A stretch of 63,432 nt of DNA, filler included, from Asterionella formosa (taxonomy: Eukaryota): assembly GCA_002256025.1 (NCBI GenBank). It is 29 parts of 29 records of this genome, joined end to end, with 100 filler letters (N's around TTAATTAATTAA, not from the genome) between each part and the next. Parts side by side here need not be neighbours in the genome. Positions count along the whole stretch, not along the records: positions 1 to 1,026 come from NKIB01004869.1; positions 1,127 to 17,606 come from NKIB01004870.1; 27 more parts are not named here. One strand, given 5' to 3'. Shown one piece after another: positions 1 through 11,992 of the stretch (position 1 is its first letter; each line of letters begins with the position of its first letter). The notes under the pieces are model-generated. The model was not told the origin of the DNA. It was given only the letters and a program-made list of their open reading frames with translations, and ran no database searches. Position numbers and translations under genes: made by a program.

Positions 1-1026
1 CTACGATGACTACATACAAAATGAACACAACAACGAAAACCAAGGAGCGCACTTGGAACAAGGAGCGCCTATGGAAGAGACAGCGACCATTGAAGAAGCC
101 AATCAAGAAGCTGGTTCTGACAACGACCACGAGGTGCCAGATCAAGGAGCGTTGGCAGGAGAACACGGACCACATAATCCCCGACAACGCCGGGTAGCCA
201 CAAGTGAACAGTTCAAGCAGGCCATTGATGCACCGCATAGCAACAAGTCATACTTTCCACCAAGACAGCTCGTACAACGCGGATTTCGAACAACGATGCC
301 GTACGCAGACGACAATACAAATAAACGTATCTTTGGGTATGTCATGAACCAGATGACCGCGAAGGCAGGAATAAAGAAACACGGGAAAGCGGCGGAGGCC
401 GCCCTGATGAGAGAATTTGCACAACTAGAGGAGCTGGATGTGTACGAACCCGTAAGCGCGAACTCCCTTACCAGGGAACAGAGGACGGGAGCGCTCCGAG
501 CCATCAATCTCATCAAAGAGAAGAGAGACGGACGCCTCAAGGGGCGTACAGTAGCCGACGGGAGACCGCAGCGATCACTTTATGACAAGTCGCAAACGGC
601 ATCTCCAACAGTATCCACCGATGCGCTCATGTTGTCCATCATGATTGATGCACATGAAGGAAGAGATGTCGCCACAGCAGATGTGGCGGGTGCGTATTTG
701 AAAGCAGATATGGATGATTTCGTTGTTATGAAATTCACTGGTGAATCAGTCGATATATTATGCAACATGAATCCAGAGCACACGAATTTTGTGTCCAACG
801 AGAAAGGAAACAAAGTGTTGTACGTCAGGCTAGTGAAAGCGATTTATGGGTGCGTCAAATCTGCCCTACTATGGTATGATTTATTCCACAACACCCTAAA
901 AGAGATGGGTTTTGTGTTAAACCCTTACGACTCTTGCATTGCTAACTGCACAATCAACGGGAAGCAGTGCACGATTGCGTGGTATGTAGACGACAACAAG
1001 ATTTCGCATGTGGACCCGGACGTCGT
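1..1026 (+). mobile_element. Ty1/copia (CoDi-type) LTR retrotransposon pol fragment, reverse transcriptase N-terminal half; copy 1
   Basis: ORF 53-1026 has copia RT motifs: IKEKRDGRLKGRTVADG, SPTV, ADVAGAYL, LVKAIYG, NPYDSC, WYVDD. Open frame, cut by the contig end. Confidence 0.95.
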
Positions 1027-1126
1027 NNNNNNNNNNNNNNNNNNNNNNNNNNNNNNNNNNNNNNNNNNNNTTAATTAATTAANNNNNNNNNNNNNNNNNN
1101 NNNNNNNNNNNNNNNNNNNNNNNNNN
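1027..1126. other. Artificial contig linker N44-TTAATTAATTAA-N44 (first of 28 identical linkers)
   Basis: The same 100-bp block recurs at 17607, 18733, 19859 ... 62310. TTAATTAATTAA gives stop codons in all six frames. Confidence 0.99.
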
Positions 1127-1471
1127 TTATAGAATTACGTGAACAAAAATTTAAGACAATGTGAACTGAATTACAGAATTAATTGAAGTATTTCAAATAA
1201 TTATGTGAAGTATTTCAAATAATTATGTGAAGTATTTCAAATAATTATGTGAAGTATTTCAAATAATTATGTGAAGGTGATCACGTAATATAGTGATGAT
1301 CAGGAATGCATGCATGATACTCTCATCAAATAATTAACGTGATGTATTCAGATAATATATAGATATATTCAAGTAAGCATTTTGATGTATTCAACTAATT
1401 CATGTGATCCATTCAAAATCAACTAGGCTTATTTACGTGATGGTCACTTCACGTAATACGCGGCTTAGATG
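1127..1471 (-). mobile_element. Terminus (end type A) of an unclassified TIR DNA transposon
   Basis: Ends in ...GTAATACGCGGCTTAGATG. It is the reverse complement of 21138-21462, and homology stops exactly at CATCTAAG. Contains many TTCAC(A/G)T subterminal motifs. Confidence 0.8.
1184..1276 (+). repeat. 22-bp tandem repeat (TGAAGTATTTCAAATAATTATG) x4, subterminal array
   Basis: Units start at 1184, 1206, 1228 and 1250. The homologue at about 21340-21405 has only 3 units. Confidence 0.95.
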
Positions 1472-2340
1472 CAGTAGTAACCTATATATATGATACAAAA
1501 TGCTTGCAATACTTTATTAGTACTGGTATGCCCCATTACATGTATGTACCAGGTAGCCTACGGCCGTTGGCTACTACAAATACATATCTTATATGAATCT
1601 GATCGTGATCTTGGGCTACTTTATCTTCAATATCTGCTGGTGTATCCTTGGCATATAAGACATCCCGAGGTAGATTGGCAAGCTTTTTAGTCTCACCGCG
1701 TGTATTCTTCTTACTCATTCTGACAATTCAAGTATATGGATGCGAAATTGGCAAGTTAAGTGAACAAATTATTCATCAAATGTTGGCGGGCTGTAATTTT
1801 TAGGATCACATGTATTCCTATACAGTTATGTATATTTATATAGTTGCACGGATTTGATATAGTCTGGTGCAATTCAGGTTACTCTAAGTAAAGTGGTGCA
1901 ATTGGTGGTGCAATTGTGGTGCAACGGTGGTGCAAATGCCAATGGGCAGTTGAATTTACGAATAGTTTTTCCAGTTTCATCCCGTTTTGGGAAAAGTCCC
2001 GGTAATCTACTGGTAATCGAACTTTACTGGGCAATACATACTTCAGCGGAGTTCGCAAAAGTGGTAAGCTCATCACCTTTTAGTCGCTGAGCTTGACGAT
2101 GCAACTATTGCGGACCGGATGTAGCACGTAGCTGCTTACCAGGATGTAAGTTGGAAAAATAACGGCAATCTTCGTTTCAACCACGTATATTATCAGCATC
2201 TACCAGCATCTAATAGTACGCACTTCCGAATCGACATGCGGAATTGGGATAAAGGCGATGCATCAACCTCATATCATAGCAGATCATACTAAAAAATCAA
2301 TCAATAGTGTCGAATGCGATTTCATTTTTCAAGTGCAATC

Positions 2341-3885
2341 ATGAATCTATCTCAGTGGTTACTCCCCTTCAAGCTGGACCTTGACGATCGACAGCCTATC
2401 GCGGTCCTTTCAGTGCCATATGACGATCGCGAGTTTGCTCTGTATGCTCCTAGCATTATCTTTTGGGTGGAAACCTTGGGCGTGAGTTTCTTCGCGATTT
2501 GAAACGATGGCTGTATCCAATTCATTCGACTCACACAATAATTTGTTTACGTTCAGGCCATAGCAATGATCGGAATCGTAGGCGGGTTGATCTCCTTAGT
2601 CTCCTACAAGTACATTGTTCAGAAGCAAGGATCTAACTTGGCCTTTTTGATGGGATATGGAGTCATTATTCCTCTCTGGGTCAGTCTTCCCTACTTCTTA
2701 GTCGAAATTTTGGATCTCCGCAACAAGGTCATGAAGTTTGCCGTATGTACCGTAATTCCCACGCTAGGGATCTTCAAGAGTACCGAAGGTAAGACCATAA
2801 CAAGGATTGAGTTGTACCGATTTCTGGAGGTGCCGTCTAATGCAAATAAAATGCAGCAATTTACGGATGTGCCCCAGTCCATACCACTGCATCCTTCATG
2901 TCCTACTTTATGTATTTCTCGTCGCCCATGATGATGGTATATGACAGGAAACTGCAAAACTATGTAAAATGCTCGTGGCGCGAGATAATGTTACAGCTCG
3001 GAACTTTTGTCTCAAAATTAACCATTTTGGGAGCCATTCAATCATATGCAACGCCTTCAGGCATGCATCCTTTTGGATCACCAACAAGCGAATGGTATGA
3101 GCCAAAAAGGATCTTCAATTTATATCAATATATGGACAATCTTGTATATGCATGTAAGTATTGCTTGTTATTGCTAATTTCAAACCAATACTCAATACAA
3201 ATGTCTCACAACAGTGCTCAACAGTTCTGTTTCAAATGTACTTAAGTTCATATTGTGAAGGGCTCACTTTAGCCACCATGGTTATCACTGGATTTAAATG
3301 TGAGACAGTAATGGAAAATCCACTAATGCAGTCGAAATCCTTGACAGAACTTTGGAGCAAAAAGTGGAACAAGCTGGTGGAAGGCGTGTTGAAACGTGGT
3401 GTTTATGTTCCTATGCGGAAATCAGGCTTGTCAAAGTTTCCAGCCTCTTTAGGAACTTTCCTTGTAAGTGGTCTGTTCCACGAGTGGCTCTTAACTGGTG
3501 AGTAAAAATAGAAATGGCATAAGTTTTTCTTGCTGAGCTAACTCGCATTTGATTCATGGAAGTCATTTTCAAACCGAGGAATCATGAGCTGTTGCCTGAT
3601 GGAAGCTGTCAACCCCCAACCTGCTACATTGCTCCACTTGGAGGTCAAACGCTTTTTATGCTATGGAATGCACTGGCCATTGCATTTGAAAATATTGCTT
3701 GTAACGTTTATGCAATCAAACACATTGCACACATTATACCATCCCCAATTCTGACCTTCATTGTAATTGCCCCTGGTATCATGGTGACACATTGGTTTAC
3801 AGAACCTTATGTCATTTCCAACTTTTTTGCACATGGGCAGCTCAGTTTGCCCATGTTGTTGCCACTGGAGAAAATAGTTAAGTGA
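2341..3885 (+). CDS. MBOAT-family O-acyltransferase (wax synthase / long-chain-alcohol acyltransferase-like), 5 exons
   Basis: Exons 2341-2481, 2557-2788, 2857-3153, 3225-3497 and 3563-3885 join in frame across 65-75 bp GT-AG introns. Motifs SLTELWSKKWN and FLVSGLFHEW; multiple TM segments. Confidence 0.88.
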
Positions 3886-4195
3886 ATCAACTTGAGCCAT
3901 GCATGATGTTCGCTGTAGAAAATGTATAATAGCCTTCTATTTTGTCCTTAGGGCCTTCAAAGAACATTCCTCAGTAGTCGCTGAACATGGGTTGTAAACT
4001 TTTCATGTATTGACAAAAGTTCAATGAGGTAGCTAATACCCACAAGTTTCACCAGTAATTTTGCTGATATTATAAATTGATACAGAAATGTTTGTGCCTG
4101 CTGACCCAATATCCTGAAGTATAATACGGAGTACAAATCAAAAGAAAAATTGGTTACTTCTTTTGTGGCCTTCCTGTTAAGGCAGCACAAACTAC

Positions 4196-4361
4196 TTGTA
4201 GGGGGCAACCCACTATTTCTTGCACACCAGGCAAGACTGTGCACAGGATGGTAAGGAGTGTGGGAGTCAAACCCAACAATGATTGCTCACAAAAAATTGT
4301 GGGAATCAAACCACACCGCATCAGAGATCAAAGGCAACATGTTAAACCGCTAGCCATTCCC
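4196..4361 (-). repeat. tRNA-derived dispersed repeat (cassette type C), copy 2
   Basis: Reverse strand reads GGGAATGGCTAGCGG (A box) ... GGTTTGATTCCCAC (B box) T6 ... GGGTTTGACTCC ... TCTTGCCTGGTGTGCAAGAAATAGTGGGTT. Homologous to 16578-16740. Confidence 0.75.
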
Positions 4362-6774
4362 TTTATTTGTCAATTATATATACTACTTTAAGGGAAGCAC
4401 AAAACTCAAAGCGAAAAATCGAACACTCACACATCATTTGTGCAGCTTTGGTTGCTGTTGCTATGGCTTCCAAGTTTTGCTTCTCCTTCAATGGAAGCAA
4501 GCTATTATTCTAACAACTACAGCTGCTGCTAGTCTATTTGAAGCTATTATTACGGTTGACATGTATTGTTATGGTATGTAGTAGCTAGAGCAACAATTGA
4601 TTTCAACTGACATCAGGAACAAACTCAATGTGGTGATGCATTTGCAAATGTCAAGAGCAATCACTAACATCCCAGCGATTGTATTCACAACTCAATGAAA
4701 AACTTACCTTAGATGCAGTGGTGTACAAGAAACAGTAAAAAGACAGATGAGCAACCATTTTAAATGAGGACGAGATAAAGAATGACTATGCAGAAGAAAA
4801 ATGCAATAATGATAGTCCTGTTTTTTACCACAATATAGACCAGACTAATGATAGGCTGATTAGCTAGAAAAAAACATATTATCATGGATTTACAAATTTA
4901 TTTTATGTAGATTTTTTAAATTACAACTTCATCGAAAGTATGGAATTTCTGGTCAACATTTTCAGAGATCACTCTTGCAGTTACAGGGAAGGTGCTCAAG
5001 AAAGGCTTACCAGAAATTCCATATTTTTCATAGAGTTACAATTTTTACTATACCCCGAATTCTCGATGGAGTTAAAATTGGGAGGAAAATAGAGGGTTCG
5101 CATAAAAATTTTCAATCCGAAAGACAAAACGTGGTGTTGTACCGGTAAGTGCCCCGACATCTTGTTCGAGTTTGTACCACATCTGAAGTGCTCCATGTGC
5201 TAATTTCGAACAAATGGTCCTCTGAATGTAGTACCCTAGATCGTTTTACATACACGGATACCGGCATAACCGGTTTCATATCCCGCGAGAGTGAAGAAAA
5301 ACACGAATGATTGATTGTTCTGACATACCGGTATTTGTGGAACCTGCTACCGGTACCTGGAATATCTATATTTATATATCTAGGTAGAAATATACACATC
5401 AAAGAATGAGAAAACCTAAATATTTCTGTACATATCTGTATATGAATGAATACGATCATTGCTGGCGAAATTGCTCGTCCCATAGGGAGGAGTTTGTCAG
5501 GTTCATCACACTCTGCTGACTGCTGACCATCAGCAGTTCTACATACCGGCATCATTGTTTCAACTCATCATAGGAAAATCTACAGTTTCCTACAGTGGTA
5601 CATAGGTAGAAAGGTTTTTATGTCACAATTATTTTGATAGTGGCGCCAAACGTCGGCCAACCGTGTCTAGAAATGATATTTTAAGACTTTAACTTAGCTC
5701 GCCTCGCTATATCCATTATAAATTATTCATATCTGAGGAATGGATGATATATTCGTACTCCATTTGTCTCATTTTTTATTCAGATTTCAGGAGGGAAGCA
5801 ATTTTGAAGCAACCACCAAATTTATCTGCATTTTACGCTGAAATCATTATTGCAACACACAGACTGAACCCCCAAGTTTCTTCGCATATTTTGATTCTCC
5901 TTTTTCAACTCCAAAGCTTTTGAACATATTTTTCTGCTTTATGAAAGTCGGCGTCTCGAAATAAAAATTTACAAGAGTCTGCAGGTATTCATGCAATTTA
6001 TAATGCGATGCCAAATCATCACGGAAAGGAAAACAACAAGTCATCACGAGAGTGCAAGATACCAAGCAGCATCTTGATTCCTTCGCCGACATTTGCATTA
6101 TCAAAGACATTTCGATCCATCTCAATTGAAGAAGAAATCATGATTGGATCGGATCAGCCTAGCGACAAGGACGTTTCTTCTCCAATAGTTCATGTTGATG
6201 CGAGGCGGCCGTCTGCTCCGACGCCCGAGCACCCGAAGAATAGAGCGCTGCTTCGAGATTGCTTCGTATTCCAGCCTATTTTACAGGAAGACGAAAGACG
6301 GTCATGATGGTGGATGCTCCAATCTCAATGATTGAACGGTTGCCCTTTGTGTCATTTTGAAATCTGCCTGCTACGACGTGCAATGCGATCGCACGGCACT
6401 CTTTGAATGTCCAAATCTGCAATTTGAGAGATGTATAAATCTTGCGTTCTGGAGACTTTATTTAATCTGGAATGAAGCAGCCAGATGCAGGCAAACGCTT
6501 GTCCTGTATAACTTTTAAAATTCCTCTTCTTCGTCGTGTTGGAACCAATAGTTGCGTTTCTTCGTTTAGGTCACATGAGTAGAAATCTCGTACAATGCAC
6601 ACGCAGTACCGATTGTTCAAACCAAGGACGATTTCGAAATTGGATTTAATCGTTGATATTATGTCCGTCTAACATGGCGTACCATTAAAGCCATTAGCAG
6701 AAAACTCATTCAGAATGAGAACAGATGGAAAAATCTAATTACTAATTATTCAGTTATTTTTCTACAGCTCCAAG

Positions 6775-9026
6775 TCACGATTTCTTATCCGACGGTAATG
6801 GATACATGGATTCCGGCGTTTTGCCAGCCTTTCGCTTTTCCTTTTCATCCATGGACATTTTCTTGGCTTGCCCAATCATTACCTCTTGATCCTCCTCTGA
6901 CACTTCCTGGCCTTGCGCTTTGGCCATGGTGGTCATTGCAGCCACTGAGACTCTTGCCTTAATGTCTTCCGTGTCCATGTGCTTTGCCATGGATCCACCA
7001 GATATTGTACCCACCAAGTGAAACTCACGCCCAAGTATGCGAATCGCTTCGGCTCGTTTCTTTCGTACCTCCATGGGAACGGCAGCATCCTGGAAAAGCT
7101 TTTTACATACTTGTTTGAGAGTTGAAGCAATGTCACGAACATTAATGGCCCAAGCCAGCTCCAGAATAGCCGGCAACGAACTCTCCATCTTATCACTAAT
7201 CTCCGCCACCTTGGCAGCATCCGGTGGATTCTCTGGATTTTCCAATGACCGCTGAACCGTTTCGACTTCTTTGATCGCCTGACGTCCCGCGCTGGCAGCC
7301 CTGACTCCAGCTCCAACCAACTTAATGTTGTTGTTGAAATTCTTCGCATTCTTTCTGGCCCGAGCTGCATGACCTTCAATGCCCAAGAAAGAATCTTTGA
7401 ATCCCAGAAATTCTTCAGCTTCCACTTGCAAGGCAAATCCAATGGTTGTGCAAAAAGTGTCTCCGTACGACGCTTTGACAATGTTGTAAGCTTCTTCTTG
7501 GCAGCTCGCAGTAAAAGCTTCAATTGACTCTGCATCATCAATGTATGGTTCAATTCTCTTTTTAATATTCAAGGCGCATTTGACTTCTCGTTTTCGTTGC
7601 TTGAATTCATTTTCCTTGTTCGACTCCATGGCCCTCTTGTGCATAAGTTCCGCTGCTTCCTCGTCCGTCGTGTCATCAGGCGACTTTACCATGACATCCT
7701 TCATGAGCGAATCCGCCGTATTGGCAATCCACAACTCGCCAATGTATGGTTCAACAAGGTGTGAGCCAAACATGACTATAGATTCGGGGGAGGAAGAAAG
7801 AGTCCGTCAGTGAAGAATCCTGCAACTTCGCAATCAAATCAACACACGCAACCAACGTACCAGCAAAAAAGACCAGTGGGTCAATATTCTCCGCCATTTG
7901 TTCGCCTGAGCTTTCTGGTTTTCCATTCTTGTCGTATGATTTTCGAGAGTCTTCATTGCTGAGGATTTGATAAGCGTGACCTAGTACTTGAAATTTGGTC
8001 GCCGCGTCCGGGTCGTCTGGATTCTTGTCGGGGTGACACTTTCTGGCTTCCTTGTAGTATGCCTTTTTAATGTCCGCAGCTGATGCCGATGTGGAGACGT
8101 TCAACAAATCGTAAAATTCTCGGTCCTTGACTTTCTTTTCCGCTTCCCCCGACTTGGTTGGATTCGTTCCCAACTTGGCCGCTTCCAGTGCCAATATTTC
8201 TTCCCACTCCTTGTCCAAATAATAAAAGTACCACTCCCGTTTGTGTTTGTCCCACACCATACCTTGCCTCGAACTCGTCATGGCTTCCGCGCTATTCACC
8301 ATGCCCCGTCCCACTTGGTATGCGCCTACGCATACTCCAGTGACTGGCAGGGCCACCGCTGAGACAACTCCTGTGGCCAGTCCGCCTAGAAAGCCCATGA
8401 CACCACCCTCTTGTGCACCAACAATGGGTTGAGCCACGAGTGATGCCACGCCTGCGGCAGTCCCCTTGACCACTGACTTGAGGCCCGAGGACAGGCCGGC
8501 CCATCCGTCCTTGGGTTTGCGTGTGGAGAAGAGCGAGCTGAATACTTCTTGCGACTGTGTGTGTGTTAGTGATTGAGTGAGTGAGTGAGCGAGATATAGG
8601 AATGAGTGAGTGGCGATGTTTCTGGATTACTATACCGGCACTGTCCTTGCATCGTGATGCTGCAGTGGCGGCTGTTGTTCCAGCAAAAAATAATTCCTTC
8701 TATTCTTCCTCTCAAGAGTGATGTGCAGGACTGTAAGGTTCTAACCGTACGGGAGAGCAGTCGAGACTCCATTTAGAAGAGGCAGCTATTGCTATTGCTA
8801 TTGCTGTTGCTGTTGCTATTGCGGTTGCTTTCGAAGCTGCACCTACCTGGTCAAACTCCTCGTCCAGCTTGTCCTTTTGCGCTGCAAGGTCGTCACTTGT
8901 GGATTTGGAAGCAATGACGGCTGGCAACATTTTCGAACTCATTGCGCCGGCTGCAGCGTCAAACTTCTTGTTGGTCAAGTACGATCGATGAGGAGTCAAT
9001 GCCGAACGAACGACTCGACGAAGCAT
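6775..9026 (-). CDS. DnaJ/Hsp40 J-domain protein with C-terminal DnaJ-X domain, 3 exons
   Basis: Exons 9026-8847, 8554-7861 and 7775-6775 splice in frame (GT-AG). J domain FYDLLNV...CHPDKNPDDP...FQVLGHAYQILS. X-domain-like WAINVRDIASTL. Start is either ATG 9026 or ATG 8942. Confidence 0.9.
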
Positions 9027-9751
9027 TCAATGCAGAGAGACTTGTCTGGTCGTTCGTTGCTTGTCGAAGTCTTTCTGTTTTAGGGTTGATTATGGAACGA
9101 AGCAGGAGTGGTACCCCGTAGTCTACATACAGCCTGTAAGTAAGGTACCGGTACCAGGTAACATACCAGTTACGGTAGTTCGTAGTACATTGAGAAATTA
9201 ATCCATACCGGTGCATATCGTAGGTATTATTTTGATCTGCGAAGCGAAGCAAGGCAGGGCAAGACTGCAACGATAGTTGGTATCGTGGTATGATTACACT
9301 GCCTGCTTGCTGTGCCAACAGCCAAGCCAGAACAGCAAGAAAATCGGGAACAAGGAGGCAGCAAGGCAGGTTGTTCTTTCGTGTAATTACTGGTCATGGT
9401 GGTCCGTACCAGGCGCACTGCCAGGTACTGTAGTGGTACGTTCTGGTAGTACGCGCTGGCAACAAGAAGCGTCATGACAAGACTTGGAATACCAGCTGGT
9501 ACCATGGTACGTACGTGCGGTCCACATACACATGTCTGTGCATATAGGCAGTAGTCTACTGGTACCTGGTACCTACTACTCCGAGTACCGGTAGATGTGG
9601 AACATGCACACGCTACGACTTGTGTGCTGGTCTCTCAAGGAGTATGCCGGTACCGGTATACCAGTACCTACCGGGATAGCGATGAACATTTTGTCTTTTT
9701 TGCCATGATTGATGATACTCACTCGTCCTTCACAATTGCAGCATTATTATT

Positions 9752-10180
9752 ATGCGCCTATTTGGACTCCTCTTGAATGGCATTTTGTTTGTCATACCAC
9801 ATGGCGGTAGTCGCAGTAGTAAGCAACAAGTACCACCGCCACTACCAACAATAATGATGATGATGACTACAGCTGCTGCTGCTGAAGCTGAAGCTAGCAA
9901 CGATACTTGGAGTACTAGTAATGGTACTGGCACTACGATTCCTTACACTCCATGTGTTCGAATTTGTCGATACAATCAAAATATATACAATGGCAACGTT
10001 TGTATTGGCTGTTATAGAGAAGTCTTTGAAATTGCCAATTGGGACCGTATGACAAATATGGAAAAGAGTGTAACGTTATTGGATGCTGCTGATCGATGTA
10101 ATCGTGATGAGGATGACACTACTTTACTAATAAAAGAGGAATTGTTACGACAGGCCAAGGTGTGGGGACAACAACAATGA
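9752..10180 (+). CDS. DUF1289-family small Cys-motif protein
   Basis: TPCVRICRY...VCIGCYREVFEIANW matches the DUF1289 pattern SPCxxxC...CxGCxRxxxEIxxW. Start codon uncertain. Confidence 0.8.
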   Translation: MRLFGLLLNGILFVIPHGGSRSSKQQVPPPLPTIMMMMTTAAAAEAEASNDTWSTSNGTGTTIPYTPCVRICRYNQNIYNGNVCIGCYREVFEIANWDRMTNMEKSVTLLDAADRCNRDEDDTTLLIKEELLRQAKVWGQQQ

Positions 10181-10478
10181 CAGGATGAGCTATCCATTTT
10201 TAAATTTCCCTCCATCATGAACGTTCAATGTCTATATCATATGGAGTAGTATTCGTCTATTTGATACGGAGTACTGTACCTTTCAACCTCTAGACAGTTC
10301 GACCATTTTTCAGAGACAATGAAGTTCCAGATAAATGCTCGTGCTTGTTGATCTCTTGAAAAGTTTCAACAATAAATATTCATCTATTCACATCATATGC
10401 TTCGGTTGCATTTCATCATAACAGTTTCCAATTTCAATAAATGCAGGATATTCATAAAATAATATATACATCACAAGT

Positions 10479-11195
10479 TTATTGAAATGCTAACTTAAAA
10501 AAGATACTCAGCAGCACGCATTGGAAGACTCCCCGAATAATATGCCCACCAGGGTACGGGAGTGGCGGTAAGCCTTCCATTTGGACGTCATGAGTCGCCA
10601 TGTACACATTTGCTGGTGTAATTGCTATTGTTAGCAGGAACAGTAAGAAAGCAGGAACTTGGACTCCCGTAGGGATAACCCCCACTCCTGCCAATGCTAA
10701 CCAAGCCCCTCCTCCAATTTCACACACACCGGTCCAATAGTTATGAAATTCACCATAGCTCAATCCCAAGAATCCTTCGGGCGCAGGGACTTGCCATAAG
10801 CCACCCCATGTGCCTTTGGGAGGCACCATGGTAACGAAAGCCTCCTTCATGGTAAAATGTGAGATTCCAGCGGCACAGAAGATGAGTCCCATAGGGACAG
10901 GCCATGTATAGTCTCGCCAGTTGCCATACCATCCATCAGGGAGCAGATTTTCCAAGCCAGACAACCCACTGATGCATGCGATAGTCCCAATTCCCAGTAC
11001 GGCGGCAATGCCAGCAACTCCCAACTTTTGGAAATCGCCATCTTGCGCGGAAAGCAATACAGACGGATCCGGTCGTTCCACAACAGGACGCTCCAGGAAT
11101 AGAGGTTGAAATGAGGTAGGGGGCTTTGATACAGTCGTGGGAGCCACAAAGGCATGGCCTTGGGTGGTAAGGAGAAGCAGGGTAACGAATCGCAT
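10479..11195 (-). CDS. Plastid-targeted DoxX-like / predicted membrane protein
   Basis: Signal peptide [15 protein letters not shown] followed by FVAP (diatom ASAFAP-type cleavage). Core AGISHF...MVPP...[11 protein letters not shown]...TPANVYMA is typical of the DoxX-like membrane family. Confidence 0.8.
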   Translation of the reverse strand: MRFVTLLLLTTQGHAFVAPTTVSKPPTSFQPLFLERPVVERPDPSVLLSAQDGDFQKLGVAGIAAVLGIGTIACISGLSGLENLLPDGWYGNWRDYTWPVPMGLIFCAAGISHFTMKEAFVTMVPPKGTWGGLWQVPAPEGFLGLSYGEFHNYWTGVCEIGGGAWLALAGVGVIPTGVQVPAFLLFLLTIAITPANVYMATHDVQMEGLPPLPYPGGHIIRGVFQCVLLSIFFKLAFQ

Positions 11196-11992
11196 GGAAA
11201 ATGGTGTCAGCGAAGAAAAATGAGGTAAGATATCGGTATAGATCTTCGTGAGCACCAGGTCCAGCATCGTCAGACTGATGTCATCCTTCGTACACCGGAA
11301 GGCGGAAGGTACCAGGTACCAGGTACCTGGTACCCCTGGTACCTCACATAACCAATGATAGGACCAGTTACCCGTACAAATGAATACTAACTATGTACTG
11401 GCACCTTACCGGTACTCCGACTGGAACATGATGTGGTCTGAGCACCAGTACTGGTAGTCTCTCGGAGACAGTTACTCCGAGTTCAAGGAACCATAGGTAG
11501 GCAGCAATAATTTCATGATTTTTACCTGGTTCAAGGTACCTGGTACCAACTCCTGAGTTCTCCTTTTCTTTTGACTAGTTCGACTGGTCTTATTCAATGC
11601 TCCTGCTCCTTGCTTCGGCTGGTGGTAGAAACACACTTTCCTGTGGTCGTACAAGTTTGCTTAGGTGCTAGAACTTTATGACCTCCACCAAAATTCCGTG
11701 ATGAGAATGAAAAGCACGACGAATTCCGGAATGGCTTCATTCCGCTTGATGGAGGATATGATTCATCAAGCAGGCCAGAATTGAAAACTATACCGGTACA
11801 TGAAATAAAACGTGCATAATAATTCCGGTTACCGGCATTACATACCACCGGTAGACATAAATAATTCTGCATCATGTCTTTTTGATTTCCGTCAAAATAC
11901 AAAGACAACATCCTCACCAGAACCTTATTCATCCCTGGCTACAGTCGCCTACCTGTAGATTCGCTTTCAGCCTCTCGCCTACTACACATGCC

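Noticed and set aside
142..813. Antisense and alternative-frame ORFs over copia, DnaJ, ALG2, kinase, HerA and similar genes
   Set aside because: Shadow ORFs of well-supported coding frames, with no motifs of their own.
1027..1126. Regularly spaced TTAATTAATTAA blocks with about 1-kb 'spacers', and ORFs ending in X...LIN
   Set aside because: Artificial scaffolding linker. The spacing reflects contig lengths of 1023-1026 bp in name-sorted order, not a CRISPR-like or cassette array.
1184..1276. 22-bp repeats as a possible CRISPR array or iterons
   Set aside because: The units abut with no unique spacers and lie within a eukaryotic transposon end.
4708..4722. CTTAGATGCAGT matching the transposon terminus at 1464-1475
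   Set aside because: Only 12 bp match, the CGCG part of the TIR and the subterminal repeats are absent; probably chance.
4939..5023. 15-bp inverted repeat TATGGAATTTCTGGT / ACCAGAAATTCCATA, and a 13-bp IR at 28633/28839
   Set aside because: Probably TE remnants, but with no second copy, TSD or boundary in this window to support a call.
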